Shown here piece after piece: positions 9,865 to 20,144 of a stretch of 64,000 nt of DNA (positions within the stretch are counted from its first letter, which is position 1; each line of letters opens with the position of its first letter). The DNA comes from an uncultured Pelagibacteraceae bacterium. Its GTDB lineage: Bacteria; Pseudomonadota; Alphaproteobacteria; Pelagibacterales; Pelagibacteraceae. Location of the stretch: positions 473-64,472 of the forward strand of contig CABXYU010000004.1 in the NCBI GenBank assembly GCA_902516625.1, given 5' to 3'. The notes beneath the pieces are model-generated. The model was not told the DNA's origin, did no database searches, and saw nothing but the letters and a program-made list of their open reading frames with translations. The position numbers and the translations under genes were made by a program.

Positions 9865-10181
9865 TAAATAGAAAAAGAAACACCACAACCACAAGATGAT
9901 TTGGTTTGTGGATTTGTAATTTTGAATTGTTCACCAATCAGCTCAGATACATAATCTACTTCTGATCCTTTTAAGAGATCTGCAGAAGTTTTATCAATAA
10001 GTATATTTTCATAACTTAAGTCATCCACAGCTTTTTCTCTGTCAAAAGTAAATTCATACTGGAAGCCTGAGCATCCACCACCTTTTATAGCGATTCTAAA
10101 AAAAGATCCTTTATCTTTTTTAGACAACAAAACATTGATCTGTTTTAGTGCTTTATCAGTAAATTTAATTTCTTTAATCAT
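9864..10181 (-). CDS. erpA: A-type Fe-S cluster carrier (HesB/ErpA family)
   Basis: GGGCSGFQY and SSCGCGVSF. Confidence 0.85.
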   Translation of the reverse strand: MIKEIKFTDKALKQINVLLSKKDKGSFFRIAIKGGGCSGFQYEFTFDREKAVDDLSYENILIDKTSADLLKGSEVDYVSELIGEQFKITNPQTKSSCGCGVSFSI

Positions 10182-10231
10182 AATTGATCACTGGTATTAC
10201 TAATATAATACTTAAATTTTTATTTTAAAGG

Positions 10232-11350
10232 ATGAAAAAATACTCAAAGTTAGGTCTATTTAAAAGTAAAGGAAGAATTTTTAAGGAATCCTTATCAAAA
10301 TATCGATCTCCATTTCAAAGAGACAGAGATAGAATTATTCATAGCCCTTCATTTAGAAGACTTAAGCACAAAACACAAGTATTTGTAAATACAGAAGGAG
10401 ATCATTACAGAACAAGAATAACCCACTCATTCGAAGTGGCACAAATAGCGAGATCAATAGCTCGATATCTAAACTTGAATGAAGACTTAGCAGAAACTTT
10501 AAGTCTAGCTCACGATTTGGGTCATACTCCTTTTGGTCATGCTGGTGAAGATTCTTTAAATGAATGCATGGTGAACTATGGTGGTTTTGATCATAATTTA
10601 CAAACTTTACGCATAGTAATGTTTATAGAAAATAAATATTTGAAATTTACTGGATTAAATCTTTCAATTGAAACATTGGAAGGTTTATTAAAACATAACG
10701 GTCCTGTAGAAAATTTAGATTTAGTTGATAGTTTAATTGGTGTTAAAAATTTTAAAAAATTGATAAATTTTAATAGATATCCCTCTTTGGAGGCCCAAAT
10801 TTCAGCAATTTCTGATGATATAGCTTATAATAATCATGACATTCAAGATGGTATAAATGCTAACCTGTTTAAATTGGAAGAGTTAGTTGAAATTAATTTT
10901 TTTAAAGATATTTACAAAAAATATAAAAAGAAAATAAATAAAAAAAATTATAAAATTGCAACTTATCAGATTATTAGAGACTCAATTGACTTAATGATAA
11001 AAGATTTAATAAAAAATACAAAATATAATTTAAAATTTAACAAAATAAATAATCTAAAAGATATAAATAAAACAAATTTTCTTATAGTTGATTTTTCTGA
11101 TAAAATTAAGAACTCTGAAAATGAGATAAGATATTTTCTTAAAACAAAAATGTATAATAATAAAAATGTTTTAAATAAAAATAATAAAGGTAAATTGATT
11201 ATTCAAAAATTATTCAATAAAATAGAACAAAATCCATCAAAATTTATTTCAAAAGAACAACTTTATTTTAATAAATTTAGAGCAATTTCAGATTTTATAT
11301 CAGGTATGACAGATAGATATGCAATTAACCTTTATAATAAAATTAAATGA
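10232..11350 (+). CDS. dgt: dNTP triphosphohydrolase (HD domain)
   Basis: FQRDRDRI, KTQVF, RITHS, HDLGHTPFGHAGE, DFISGMTD. Confidence 0.92.
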   Translation: MKKYSKLGLFKSKGRIFKESLSKYRSPFQRDRDRIIHSPSFRRLKHKTQVFVNTEGDHYRTRITHSFEVAQIARSIARYLNLNEDLAETLSLAHDLGHTPFGHAGEDSLNECMVNYGGFDHNLQTLRIVMFIENKYLKFTGLNLSIETLEGLLKHNGPVENLDLVDSLIGVKNFKKLINFNRYPSLEAQISAISDDIAYNNHDIQDGINANLFKLEELVEINFFKDIYKKYKKKINKKNYKIATYQIIRDSIDLMIKDLIKNTKYNLKFNKINNLKDINKTNFLIVDFSDKIKNSENEIRYFLKTKMYNNKNVLNKNNKGKLIIQKLFNKIEQNPSKFISKEQLYFNKFRAISDFISGMTDRYAINLYNKIK

Positions 11351-13080
11351 ATATTTTTGATCAATATTTAAATAAATTAAAAAAAATTTTACTTGAATTA
11401 TCAAAGAATGGAAGTTTGATTTTACCTAATAAACTTGACGGTATCACTGTCGAGATTCCTCCATCGAAATTTAAAAGTGACATTTCAACAAATGTTGCGA
11501 TGGTTCTATCAAAAATTAACAATAAGTCCCCTAATGATTTAGCTAGAACTTTAGTTCAATCGATTAAAAAAGAGGATGAACTTATTGAAAATGTAGAAAT
11601 TGTTAAACCAGGATTTATTAATATTAAATTTAAACCAATTTTTTGGACAAATTTTGTTAAAGAAATAATTAAAAATTCAAAAACATTTGGAATTAACCTT
11701 GAGGAAAGTAAAAATAATTATTTAATTGAATTTGTTTCTGCTAATCCAACGGGTCCTTTGCATGTTGGTCATTGTAGAGGGGCAATTTTAGGAGACGTAA
11801 TTTCAAATATATTATTATTCAATAAACATAAAGTTACAAAAGAATATTATGTAAATGATTATGGAAATCAAATCATAAACTTTACTAAATCTGTATATTT
11901 TAGAATAAGAGAAATTCTATATAGTGAATCATTTCCCTCAGATAATAAAGACTTATATCCTGGAGAGTATATAATTAATTTTGCTAAAAATATTATTAAT
12001 TTAAATAAAAAAATTGATTTTGAAAATTTTGACAAAATAGCTGACGAATTAACTGAGTATTCAATCGAAGAAGCTTTGAAATTAATAAAGATCAATCTTA
12101 ACAGTCTTGGTATAAATCACGATAACTTCGTAAGTGAAAAAAAATTAGTTAAAAATCAAGAAGTAGAAAAAGTAATTGACTTTCTTCAAAAAAATAACCT
12201 AGTTTATCGTGGTAAAATTAAAGCTCCAGCTAGTGAAGATAAAGATAATTGGATAGAAAGAGAACAATTACTTTTCAAGTCAACTGATTTTGGGGATGAT
12301 AAAGATAGAGCTTTACAAAAATCTGATGGAGCTTGGACTTATTTTGCAAGTGATGTCGCTTATCATAAAAATAAATTAGATAGAAATTTTGATTATTTGA
12401 TTAATATTTTAGGAGCCGATCATGCAGGATACATTAAAAGAATTTCATCTTCAGTCCAGGCCTTATCAAAAACAAATGATAAATTAATCTGTAAAGTAAG
12501 CCAATTAGTAAAACTTATTAAAGATAAAAAACCATTTAAAATGTCAAAAAGAAAAGGAGATTATATAACTGTAGATGATTTGATCAAAGAAGTAGGAAGA
12601 GATGCTACAAGATTTATTATGTTAAATAGAAGCAGTGATGCAGAATTAGATTTTGATTTTGATAACGTAATTGAAAAATCAAAAGAAAATCCTCTGTATT
12701 ATGTTCAATATAGTTATGCGAGAATAGCTTCTGTATTTAGACATTTAGAAAAAAATTTAAAATCAGAAATTAAGATATCAAAATATGATTTTGAATATAC
12801 AAATGAAGAAATAAAAATTTTACAGAAAATATCTGAATGGCCTAAATGTGTAGAGACCGCATGCAATAAACTCGAACCACATAGAATTCCAACTTATTTA
12901 TATGAATTAGCCTCTTTATTTCATTCTTACTGGAATTTGGGAAAAGATAATCCCGATAAAAGGTTCATAAATAATCAAAAAAATATATCTGATGAAAAGC
13001 TTATTTTTTTAAAGATAATATCTGATGTGATCAAATCTGGAATGGATATTGTTGGTGTTTCAGTTCCTGAAAAAATGTGA
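11347..13080 (+). CDS. argS: Arginine--tRNA ligase
   Basis: SANPTGPLHVGH, GADH, MSKRKG. Confidence 0.96.
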   Translation: MNIFDQYLNKLKKILLELSKNGSLILPNKLDGITVEIPPSKFKSDISTNVAMVLSKINNKSPNDLARTLVQSIKKEDELIENVEIVKPGFINIKFKPIFWTNFVKEIIKNSKTFGINLEESKNNYLIEFVSANPTGPLHVGHCRGAILGDVISNILLFNKHKVTKEYYVNDYGNQIINFTKSVYFRIREILYSESFPSDNKDLYPGEYIINFAKNIINLNKKIDFENFDKIADELTEYSIEEALKLIKINLNSLGINHDNFVSEKKLVKNQEVEKVIDFLQKNNLVYRGKIKAPASEDKDNWIEREQLLFKSTDFGDDKDRALQKSDGAWTYFASDVAYHKNKLDRNFDYLINILGADHAGYIKRISSSVQALSKTNDKLICKVSQLVKLIKDKKPFKMSKRKGDYITVDDLIKEVGRDATRFIMLNRSSDAELDFDFDNVIEKSKENPLYYVQYSYARIASVFRHLEKNLKSEIKISKYDFEYTNEEIKILQKISEWPKCVETACNKLEPHRIPTYLYELASLFHSYWNLGKDNPDKRFINNQKNISDEKLIFLKIISDVIKSGMDIVGVSVPEKM

Positions 13081-13343
13081 TGCTAAAAGAAATTAAACAT
13101 TTAATATTTTTTATCATTATTTGCTCATTTATTTTTTTTACTGGAAGATATTATTTTTCAGATATAAATAAAAAAAATGCTTATCGATCTTTAAATACTA
13201 TTAATGAAAAAATTAATAATTATGCTGAAAAATTACCTGTCCTAAAAGATAATACCAGTGACATAATAGAATACGTTGAACGATCAACAACAAAAAAAAA
13301 GAAAAAATTTAACTTTTGGAAATTATTAGAGTCAAATGAATAA
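13077..13343 (+). CDS. Small single-pass membrane protein between argS and nagZ
   Basis: 88 aa with N-terminal TM helix; overlaps both neighbours. Confidence 0.7.
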   Translation: MMLKEIKHLIFFIIICSFIFFTGRYYFSDINKKNAYRSLNTINEKINNYAEKLPVLKDNTSDIIEYVERSTTKKKKKFNFWKLLESNE

Positions 13344-14283
13344 TCGAAGATCTTTTATTATTGGCATAAAATCATATAAACTTTTAAAAAAAGAAAAAAT
13401 TTTCTTAAAAAGATATAAGCCTTGGGGAATAATTTTATTTTCAAGAAATATTAAGAATATTGAACAAGCGTTGAAACTAACTTCTTCTATAAGAAAAATT
13501 TTTAAGGATAAAAATTATCCCATCTTAATTGATCAAGAAGGTGGTCGTGTAAATAGATTAAAAAAGATTATTTCTCTTGATTATTTAACTTCTGAATTTT
13601 TTGGAAACAAATATGCTAAAAATCAAAAAGAGTTTAAATTTGTCTATAAATTATTTATTGATAAAACTTCATTTTTTTTAAGATTAATTGGTGTTAATAT
13701 AAATACCTCTCCTGTTTTAGATTTAAGGTTTAAAGGTTCATCTAAAATTATAGGCAATAGATCTTTTTCAAATGATCCAAAAATAGTCTCAAAAATAGGT
13801 GACTACTGTATTCAATATTATCATGAAAATGGAATAGGCACCGTGATCAAACATATTCCTGGCCATGGACTAGCTAAAGTAGATAGTCATAATTTTACCC
13901 CAGTAGTCTCTAAAAAATTAAGATTTTTATCCAAAAAAGATTTTGTTCCCTTTAAAAATAAAAAAACCTTTTTTGCCATGACTGCTCATATCATTTTCAG
14001 TAAAATAGATAAAAAAAATACCGTCACTCATTCAAAAAAAATAATTTCATTAATTAGAAAAAGTATAGGATTTAAAAACATATTAATTTCAGATGATCTA
14101 TCAATGAAAAGTTTAAAAGGATCAATTAAAGAAAATACACTTAAAACGTTTAAAGCCGGTTGTAATCTTGCTCTACATTGCAATGGTAATTTTAAAGAAA
14201 TGAAAATAGTAGGTAAAAACTCTCCTTTAATCAGTAGATTTATTTTAAAAAAAACCTCACAATTTTATAAGATTTTGAGTTAA
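13336..14283 (+). CDS. nagZ: Beta-N-acetylhexosaminidase (GH3)
   Basis: IDQEGGRV, KHIPGHG...DSH, SDDLSM. Confidence 0.9.
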   Translation: MNNRRSFIIGIKSYKLLKKEKIFLKRYKPWGIILFSRNIKNIEQALKLTSSIRKIFKDKNYPILIDQEGGRVNRLKKIISLDYLTSEFFGNKYAKNQKEFKFVYKLFIDKTSFFLRLIGVNINTSPVLDLRFKGSSKIIGNRSFSNDPKIVSKIGDYCIQYYHENGIGTVIKHIPGHGLAKVDSHNFTPVVSKKLRFLSKKDFVPFKNKKTFFAMTAHIIFSKIDKKNTVTHSKKIISLIRKSIGFKNILISDDLSMKSLKGSIKENTLKTFKAGCNLALHCNGNFKEMKIVGKNSPLISRFILKKTSQFYKILS

Positions 14284-14292
14284 TATTGTTGA

Positions 14293-15036
14293 ATGACTAT
14301 TAAAGATTCCACTTTATTTGAAGTAGATATTGAAAATTACCAGGGTCCTTTGGATATTTTGCTTGATCTAGCTAAATCACAAAAAGTTAATTTAGAAAAT
14401 ATATCTATAACAAGATTAGCTGATCAATTTCACAATTTCATTACCAAAGAACAAAAATTAAATTTAGAAATTGCTTCAGAATACTTATTAATGGCAACTT
14501 GGTTAGCGTATTTGAAATCCAAATTATTATTGCCAGGAACACCAGAAGAAGAATTTAAGGTTCTTGAAGTAGCAGAAAAACTCAAATTACAATTAAAGAA
14601 ATTAGAATTAATCAGACTATTGTCTGAGCAAATGTTAAAAAGAAAAAGGTTGGGTAGAGAAATTAGAACAAGAGGAATGAGAGCGGGGATAAGACCAGTT
14701 TACAATAGTGAGTATAAATTAAATTTATATGAATTACTAAAAACTTATGCAATGATAATTTCTACTAAAGACTTTCAGAAAATAAATATTCCAAAATTAC
14801 CTGTTTTCACTACAGAAGAGGGTATTAAAACCATTAAGGAATTTTTTGGAAAATTAATAGATTGGAAAAATCTTGAAGATTTAATACCTAAGAATTTTAA
14901 AAAAGGCTCTAGATTTGAAACTACCGGTAAGGCAGGTATTTTTGCTGGTTCCCTTGAATTAGTAAAAGAGGGAAATTTAAGGATTAAACAAGAAAATATT
15001 TTTGGTGATATTTATGTGAAAGAAAAAAATGATTAA
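14293..15036 (+). CDS. scpA: Segregation and condensation protein A
   Basis: YQGPLDILL, EYLLMATWLAYLKSKLLLP, LELVK. Confidence 0.92.
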   Translation: MTIKDSTLFEVDIENYQGPLDILLDLAKSQKVNLENISITRLADQFHNFITKEQKLNLEIASEYLLMATWLAYLKSKLLLPGTPEEEFKVLEVAEKLKLQLKKLELIRLLSEQMLKRKRLGREIRTRGMRAGIRPVYNSEYKLNLYELLKTYAMIISTKDFQKINIPKLPVFTTEEGIKTIKEFFGKLIDWKNLEDLIPKNFKKGSRFETTGKAGIFAGSLELVKEGNLRIKQENIFGDIYVKEKND

Positions 15037-15730
15037 GAAAAAAATGAAAAAAAAAGATAATATAATCAACTTTCCAACAAAGCTTTCCTCTTTAGAAAAA
15101 GAAATAGAGGCTTTAGTTTTTGCAGCTGCGGAGCCTTTAGATACTGAAACTATTGAAAGTAAAATTTCAAAAAAAACAGATGTACAAAAAATATTATCAA
15201 AACTACAGAATGAATACAAAGATAGAGGAATAAATCTAATTTGTATTTCAAAAAAATGGTCATTTAGGACTTCTCCAAATCTATCTAATTTAATGAAGCA
15301 AGAAAAAACAATTGAAAAGAAATTATCTAGAGCTGCAATTGAAACCCTAGCAATTATAGTTTATCACCAACCAGTCACCAGAGCTGAAATTGAAGAGATA
15401 AGAGGTGTTGCATTTGGCACAAATACTCTTGAAATATTAATGGAACTTAATTGGGTAAAACCCGGTGGAAGAAAAAATGTTCCTGGAAAACCAATCCAAT
15501 ATATAACAACTGATGATTTTTTGAGTCATTTTAATCTTCAAAAATTATCTGATTTACCAACCGTTGATGAGCTTGGAGCTGCGGGATTAATTGACAGCAC
15601 TAATATTGATAACGCAATTTTTGGAACGGGTAAATTTTATAAAGAAAAACAGGACGATAAAAAAGAGGATATTTATTCAAATATCGATGAAATGTTAAAT
15701 AGCACTCTTGATGAAGAAGATAATAAATAA
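15029..15730 (+). CDS. scpB: Segregation and condensation protein B
   Basis: LSRAAIETLAIIVYHQPVTRAEIEEIRGV, PGKP. Confidence 0.93.
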   Translation: MIKKKMKKKDNIINFPTKLSSLEKEIEALVFAAAEPLDTETIESKISKKTDVQKILSKLQNEYKDRGINLICISKKWSFRTSPNLSNLMKQEKTIEKKLSRAAIETLAIIVYHQPVTRAEIEEIRGVAFGTNTLEILMELNWVKPGGRKNVPGKPIQYITTDDFLSHFNLQKLSDLPTVDELGAAGLIDSTNIDNAIFGTGKFYKEKQDDKKEDIYSNIDEMLNSTLDEEDNK

Positions 15731-15799
15731 ATTAATGATTAAGATTCTCTTAAAAAAAAGGTACTTTAAAATTCATGATAAAAAGGTTATAAGTTTTAT

Positions 15800-16000
15800 A
15801 TGAGTATAGGAATTTGGCAAATAGCTATAGTAGTTATACTTGTAGTTTTATTGTTTGGTCGAGGTAAAATATCAAGTCTGATGGGCGATGTTGCAAAAGG
15901 AATTAAAAGTTTTAAAAAGGGAATGGCATCAGACGCAACTGATGACACCGAACCTAAAAATATTTCTGACGAAAATCAAGATCCAAATAAAAAAGAATAA
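15800..16000 (+). CDS. tatA: Twin-arginine translocase TatA
   Basis: LLFGRGKI...GIKSFKKG. Confidence 0.92.
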   Translation: MSIGIWQIAIVVILVVLLFGRGKISSLMGDVAKGIKSFKKGMASDATDDTEPKNISDENQDPNKKE

Positions 16001-16005
16001 ATCAC

Positions 16006-16221
16006 ATGCCTACAATTGGTTGGTTTGAGATTTTAATTGTAGTTGCTATAGCAATTATTGTTCTTGGACCAAAAGATTTCCCAATAATGTTAAAAAAAGT
16101 TGGATCATGGATTGGAAAAACTAAAAAATATGTAAACACAATACAAAATGAGGTTTCAAATATTGATATCGAAGATAATCAAATAGAAAAAAAAGAAGAT
16201 AAAAAAGATGAGTCAAGATGA
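16006..16221 (+). CDS. tatB: Twin-arginine translocase TatB
   Basis: GWFEILIV...GPKDFP; between tatA and tatC. Confidence 0.88.
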   Translation: MPTIGWFEILIVVAIAIIVLGPKDFPIMLKKVGSWIGKTKKYVNTIQNEVSNIDIEDNQIEKKEDKKDESR

Positions 16222-16978
16222 AAATGATAGTGGCTTCATAAGTCATTTAGCTGAACTAAGAAAAAGATTAATTCATAGTTTAATATTTCTTTTTATTTTT
16301 TTTATCGCTTGTTATTTATTCGCTGAACATTTATATGGTTTTTTTGTAGAACCTTTTGCTAAAGCAGTGAAAGATGATGGAACCAATAGAAGATTAATTT
16401 TTACAGCACTTCAGGAAACCTTTTTAACTTATTTAAAAGTTTCATTTTTTACAGCTTTTTTCGTAACATGTCCGTTCATTTTAATTCAAATATGGAAATT
16501 TATAGCACCAGGTCTTTATAAACACGAGAGGGTAGCAATTTTACCTTATTTAGTTTTAACTCCAATATTATTTTTGTTAGGAGGGATGCTCGTTTATTAT
16601 CTAATAATGCCATTAGCTATAAAGTTTTTCTTATCTTTTGAAAGCACAGGAATGTCTACTTATTTACCAATCCAGTTAGAAGCAAAGGTAAATGAATATC
16701 TTTCATTAGTAATGAAACTAATCTTTGCATTTGGAATAAGTTTTCAATTACCTGTAGTTTTAAGTTTGTTAGCTAGGGTAGGAGTTGTTGATTCTAAATT
16801 TTTAAAAAAAAGAAGAAAGTATGTTATTGTTATAATATTTGCTGCAGCAGCAATTTTAACCCCCCCTGATCCAATTACTCAAATTGGTTTAGCGATACCG
16901 TTACTAATTTTATATGAATTATCTATTTTTTCTGTAAAATTTATAGAAAATAAAAAACTAAAAGATTCAGATGCATAA
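16208..16978 (+). CDS. tatC: Twin-arginine translocase TatC
   Basis: HLAELRKRL, FIAPGLY, TPPDP. Confidence 0.95.
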   Translation: MSQDENDSGFISHLAELRKRLIHSLIFLFIFFIACYLFAEHLYGFFVEPFAKAVKDDGTNRRLIFTALQETFLTYLKVSFFTAFFVTCPFILIQIWKFIAPGLYKHERVAILPYLVLTPILFLLGGMLVYYLIMPLAIKFFLSFESTGMSTYLPIQLEAKVNEYLSLVMKLIFAFGISFQLPVVLSLLARVGVVDSKFLKKRRKYVIVIIFAAAAILTPPDPITQIGLAIPLLILYELSIFSVKFIENKKLKDSDA

Positions 16979-18230
16979 TCTAAAAGAAATTCGAAAAGAT
17001 TTTGAAAACTTTAAAAAAGCTTTAAAAAAAAGATCTGTCGATATTGATTTAAATAATCTTGAAAAACTTGATAAGCAAAACAGAGAATGTATTTTAAAAA
17101 GAGAAACTTTAGAAAAAGAAAAAAAAGATATTTCTAAATTAAAAGATAAGTCATTATTTGACAGATCAAAAAAAATTTCGCAATCTATTGAAGAAATAAT
17201 CGGAAAACAAAAAAAAATTAAAGATGATTTAGAAAAAATTCTATTTAATCTTCCAAATATACCTCACAAAGATGTTCCAATTGGAAAAGATGAAAATGAT
17301 AATGTTGAAATTGAAAGATTTGGGCAAATACCTAATTTTGATTTTAAAGCAAAATCTCATTACGAATTGGGAGAAAAGCTTGGCATGCTTGATTTCGATC
17401 TTGCGACTAAAACAACCGGTTCAAGATTTGTATTTGTAAAAGATAAACTAGCATTACTTGAAAGGGCAATTTCAAATTTTATGTTAGACACTCATGTTTC
17501 AAAAAATGGATATCAAGAGATTTCACCGCCTTTATTAGCGTCTGAAAATTCAATGTTTGGTACAGGACAGCTCCCAAAATTTGAAAATGATCAATTTGAA
17601 GTTAAACTTGATGATGGAAGTAATAGAAAATTTTTAATTCCAACGGCTGAAGTAATATTAACTAATATAGTAAAAGATCAAATTTTAAATGAAAAAGATC
17701 TACCATTAAGATTTGTTGCATCAACACCATGTTTTAGGAAAGAGGCTGGAAGCTACGGTAAAGATACAAAAGGAATGATTAGACAGCATCAATTTTATAA
17801 AGTTGAGCTAGTGAGTATTGTTGATCAATCAAAATGTTTAGATGAATTAGAAAGAATGACAAATTGTGCAACAGATATTCTAGATCTCCTAAATTTGCCA
17901 TATAGAAAAATGATTTTATGTAGTGGAGATATGGGTTTTAGCTCTGAAAAAACTTATGACATTGAAGTATGGTTACCTTCAGAAAATAAATTTAGAGAGA
18001 TCTCTTCATGCTCATCTTGCTCAACCTTTCAATCAGTTAGAATGAAAACTAGATATAAAAATCAGAAAAAAGAGATTATATATGCAGGTACACTAAATGG
18101 AAGTGGTTTGGCAGTTGGAAGAACATTGATTGCTATTTTGGAAAATTATCAACAAATAGATGGATCTATTACAATTCCGAAAGTTTTAAGACCCTATATG
18201 AATAATTTGGAAAAAATTTCACTCAAATAA
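16971..18230 (+). CDS. serS: Serine--tRNA ligase
   Basis: LIPTAEV, FRKEAG, RQHQF, EISSCS, LNGSGLAVGR. Confidence 0.96.
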   Translation: MHNLKEIRKDFENFKKALKKRSVDIDLNNLEKLDKQNRECILKRETLEKEKKDISKLKDKSLFDRSKKISQSIEEIIGKQKKIKDDLEKILFNLPNIPHKDVPIGKDENDNVEIERFGQIPNFDFKAKSHYELGEKLGMLDFDLATKTTGSRFVFVKDKLALLERAISNFMLDTHVSKNGYQEISPPLLASENSMFGTGQLPKFENDQFEVKLDDGSNRKFLIPTAEVILTNIVKDQILNEKDLPLRFVASTPCFRKEAGSYGKDTKGMIRQHQFYKVELVSIVDQSKCLDELERMTNCATDILDLLNLPYRKMILCSGDMGFSSEKTYDIEVWLPSENKFREISSCSSCSTFQSVRMKTRYKNQKKEIIYAGTLNGSGLAVGRTLIAILENYQQIDGSITIPKVLRPYMNNLEKISLK

Positions 18231-18284
18231 AGTTGTTTTAATCTTATAGATAGTATAAAAATTCAATTTTAATCAAGGAGTTTT

Positions 18285-18572
18285 ATGGAAAGTTCAGGAA
18301 TAGGCCAGTTTATACCTTTAATATTAATTTTTGTTATTTTTTATTTTTTTCTAATAAGACCACAACAAAAAAAAGTTAAAGAACACAAGGCAATGGTTGA
18401 GAGTCTAAAAAAAGGTGACAAGATCGTTACATCTGGTGGGATTACAGGAACTATATCAAGAGTTATAGATAACGATAAAATAGAAGTAGAAATAGCTGAT
18501 AATGTAACCGTTGAAGTAATTAGAGGAACAGGTGTTCAAAGCTTAATAAACTCTCAAGAAGTAAAAAAATAA
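18285..18572 (+). CDS. yajC: Preprotein translocase subunit YajC
   Basis: FLIRPQQKK, KGDKIVTSGGI; AAGGAG RBS. Confidence 0.93.
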   Translation: MESSGIGQFIPLILIFVIFYFFLIRPQQKKVKEHKAMVESLKKGDKIVTSGGITGTISRVIDNDKIEVEIADNVTVEVIRGTGVQSLINSQEVKK

Positions 18573-18590
18573 ATTTTTTGTTGAAATAAA

Positions 18591-20144
18591 GTGCTATATT
18601 TTTCAAAGTTAAAAATAGTTTCTGTTATTATTTTATCCCTATTTTTTATACTAATAGCCTCCTCAAATCTTTTAAAATTCAATAATAAATTTTTAAATAA
18701 AAAAATAAATCTTGGTCTAGATTTGCAAGGAGGGTCATATCTTTTACTAGAAATTGATAATACTCCTGTTATAGAACAACGTCTTCAAAACTTTACAGTT
18801 ACAATTAGAAATTACTTTAAAAAACAAAATATAAGAATTAAAAATCTTAAATTAGAAAATCAAAAATTGATATTTTCAGTGGACAATCAATTTCAACAAA
18901 AAATTTTAGATTTTTTTAATGATGAAGAAAGTGAAATAAATCCATATTATCCAAGATTTAAGTCTCATCAATTTGAAATATTAAAAGAAAAAAATTTTTT
19001 TATAGTCAATTATTCAAGACAGGGTATCGTTGAACTTAAGACTTCTTCACAAGATCAAGCCCTTGAAATTGTTAGAAGAAGAATTGATGAAATAGGCACG
19101 AATGAACCAAATATTATAAAGCGAGGTAATGATAGAATTTTAGTTGAATTACCAGGGTTAGATGATCCAATGAGAATCAAATCTTTACTTGGAAAAACTG
19201 CGAATTTAACTTTTAGATTTATTACTAACAATAATGAAGACTCTTTTGGTGCAGAAAAACTTCAATTTGAAGACAGTAGTGAAGAAGCAGTGGTTAGTAA
19301 AAGAATTATTATGAGTGGTGATAATCTTTTAGATGCCCAACCTAGAATGGATAATCAAACAAATGAAACAATTGTAACTTTCACTCTCGATCGAGTAGGT
19401 GCAAAAAGATTTGGTAAAGCGACCGCCACAGGTATTGGCAAACAATTAGCGATAGTTTTAGATGGAAAGATTATAAGTGCCCCAGTTATTAGAGACACTA
19501 TAGCCAGTGGATCAGGTCAAATAAGTGGAGGTTTTACATTTCAATCTGCTACAGACCTAGCACTATTGCTAAGATCAGGTGCTTTACCAGCGCCCCTTAA
19601 TATTATCGAAGAAAGAACTGTTGGGCCAGATTTAGGTAAAGATTCAATAAAAGCGGGTATTATCGCTCTAATTATTGGATTTATTTTAGTAATTCTATTT
19701 ATACTTTTAAAGTATAAATTTTTTGGTTTAATCACAAATATTACATTAGTTTTAAATTTAGTAATTTTATTAGGAATTTTAACTTTATTTGAAGCTACTT
19801 TAACTCTACCAGGTATTGCTGGAATAATACTTACAGTAGGAATGGCTGTTGATGCAAATGTTTTAATTTTTGAGAGAATTAAAGAAGAGCTTAAAAATGA
19901 AAAAAATAATTTGATTGCTTTCGATAGCGGTTACTCCAAATCTCGTACTGCTATACTTGATGCAAATATAACAACCTTATTAGCGGCGATTATATTATTT
20001 TTTATGGGCTCTGGACCAATTAAAGGATTTTCTCTTACACTAGGAATTGGAATATTTACGACACTTTTTTCAGTGTATTTTATAGCTAGATTACTAACAG
20101 TGCTTTATGTTTCAAAAAACAAAAATAAGGAAAAGTTAATTTAG
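18591..20144 (+). CDS. secD: Protein translocase subunit SecD
   Basis: LGLDLQGG, GPDLG, GMAVDANVLIFERI; GTG start. Confidence 0.95.
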   Translation: MLYFSKLKIVSVIILSLFFILIASSNLLKFNNKFLNKKINLGLDLQGGSYLLLEIDNTPVIEQRLQNFTVTIRNYFKKQNIRIKNLKLENQKLIFSVDNQFQQKILDFFNDEESEINPYYPRFKSHQFEILKEKNFFIVNYSRQGIVELKTSSQDQALEIVRRRIDEIGTNEPNIIKRGNDRILVELPGLDDPMRIKSLLGKTANLTFRFITNNNEDSFGAEKLQFEDSSEEAVVSKRIIMSGDNLLDAQPRMDNQTNETIVTFTLDRVGAKRFGKATATGIGKQLAIVLDGKIISAPVIRDTIASGSGQISGGFTFQSATDLALLLRSGALPAPLNIIEERTVGPDLGKDSIKAGIIALIIGFILVILFILLKYKFFGLITNITLVLNLVILLGILTLFEATLTLPGIAGIILTVGMAVDANVLIFERIKEELKNEKNNLIAFDSGYSKSRTAILDANITTLLAAIILFFMGSGPIKGFSLTLGIGIFTTLFSVYFIARLLTVLYVSKNKNKEKLI

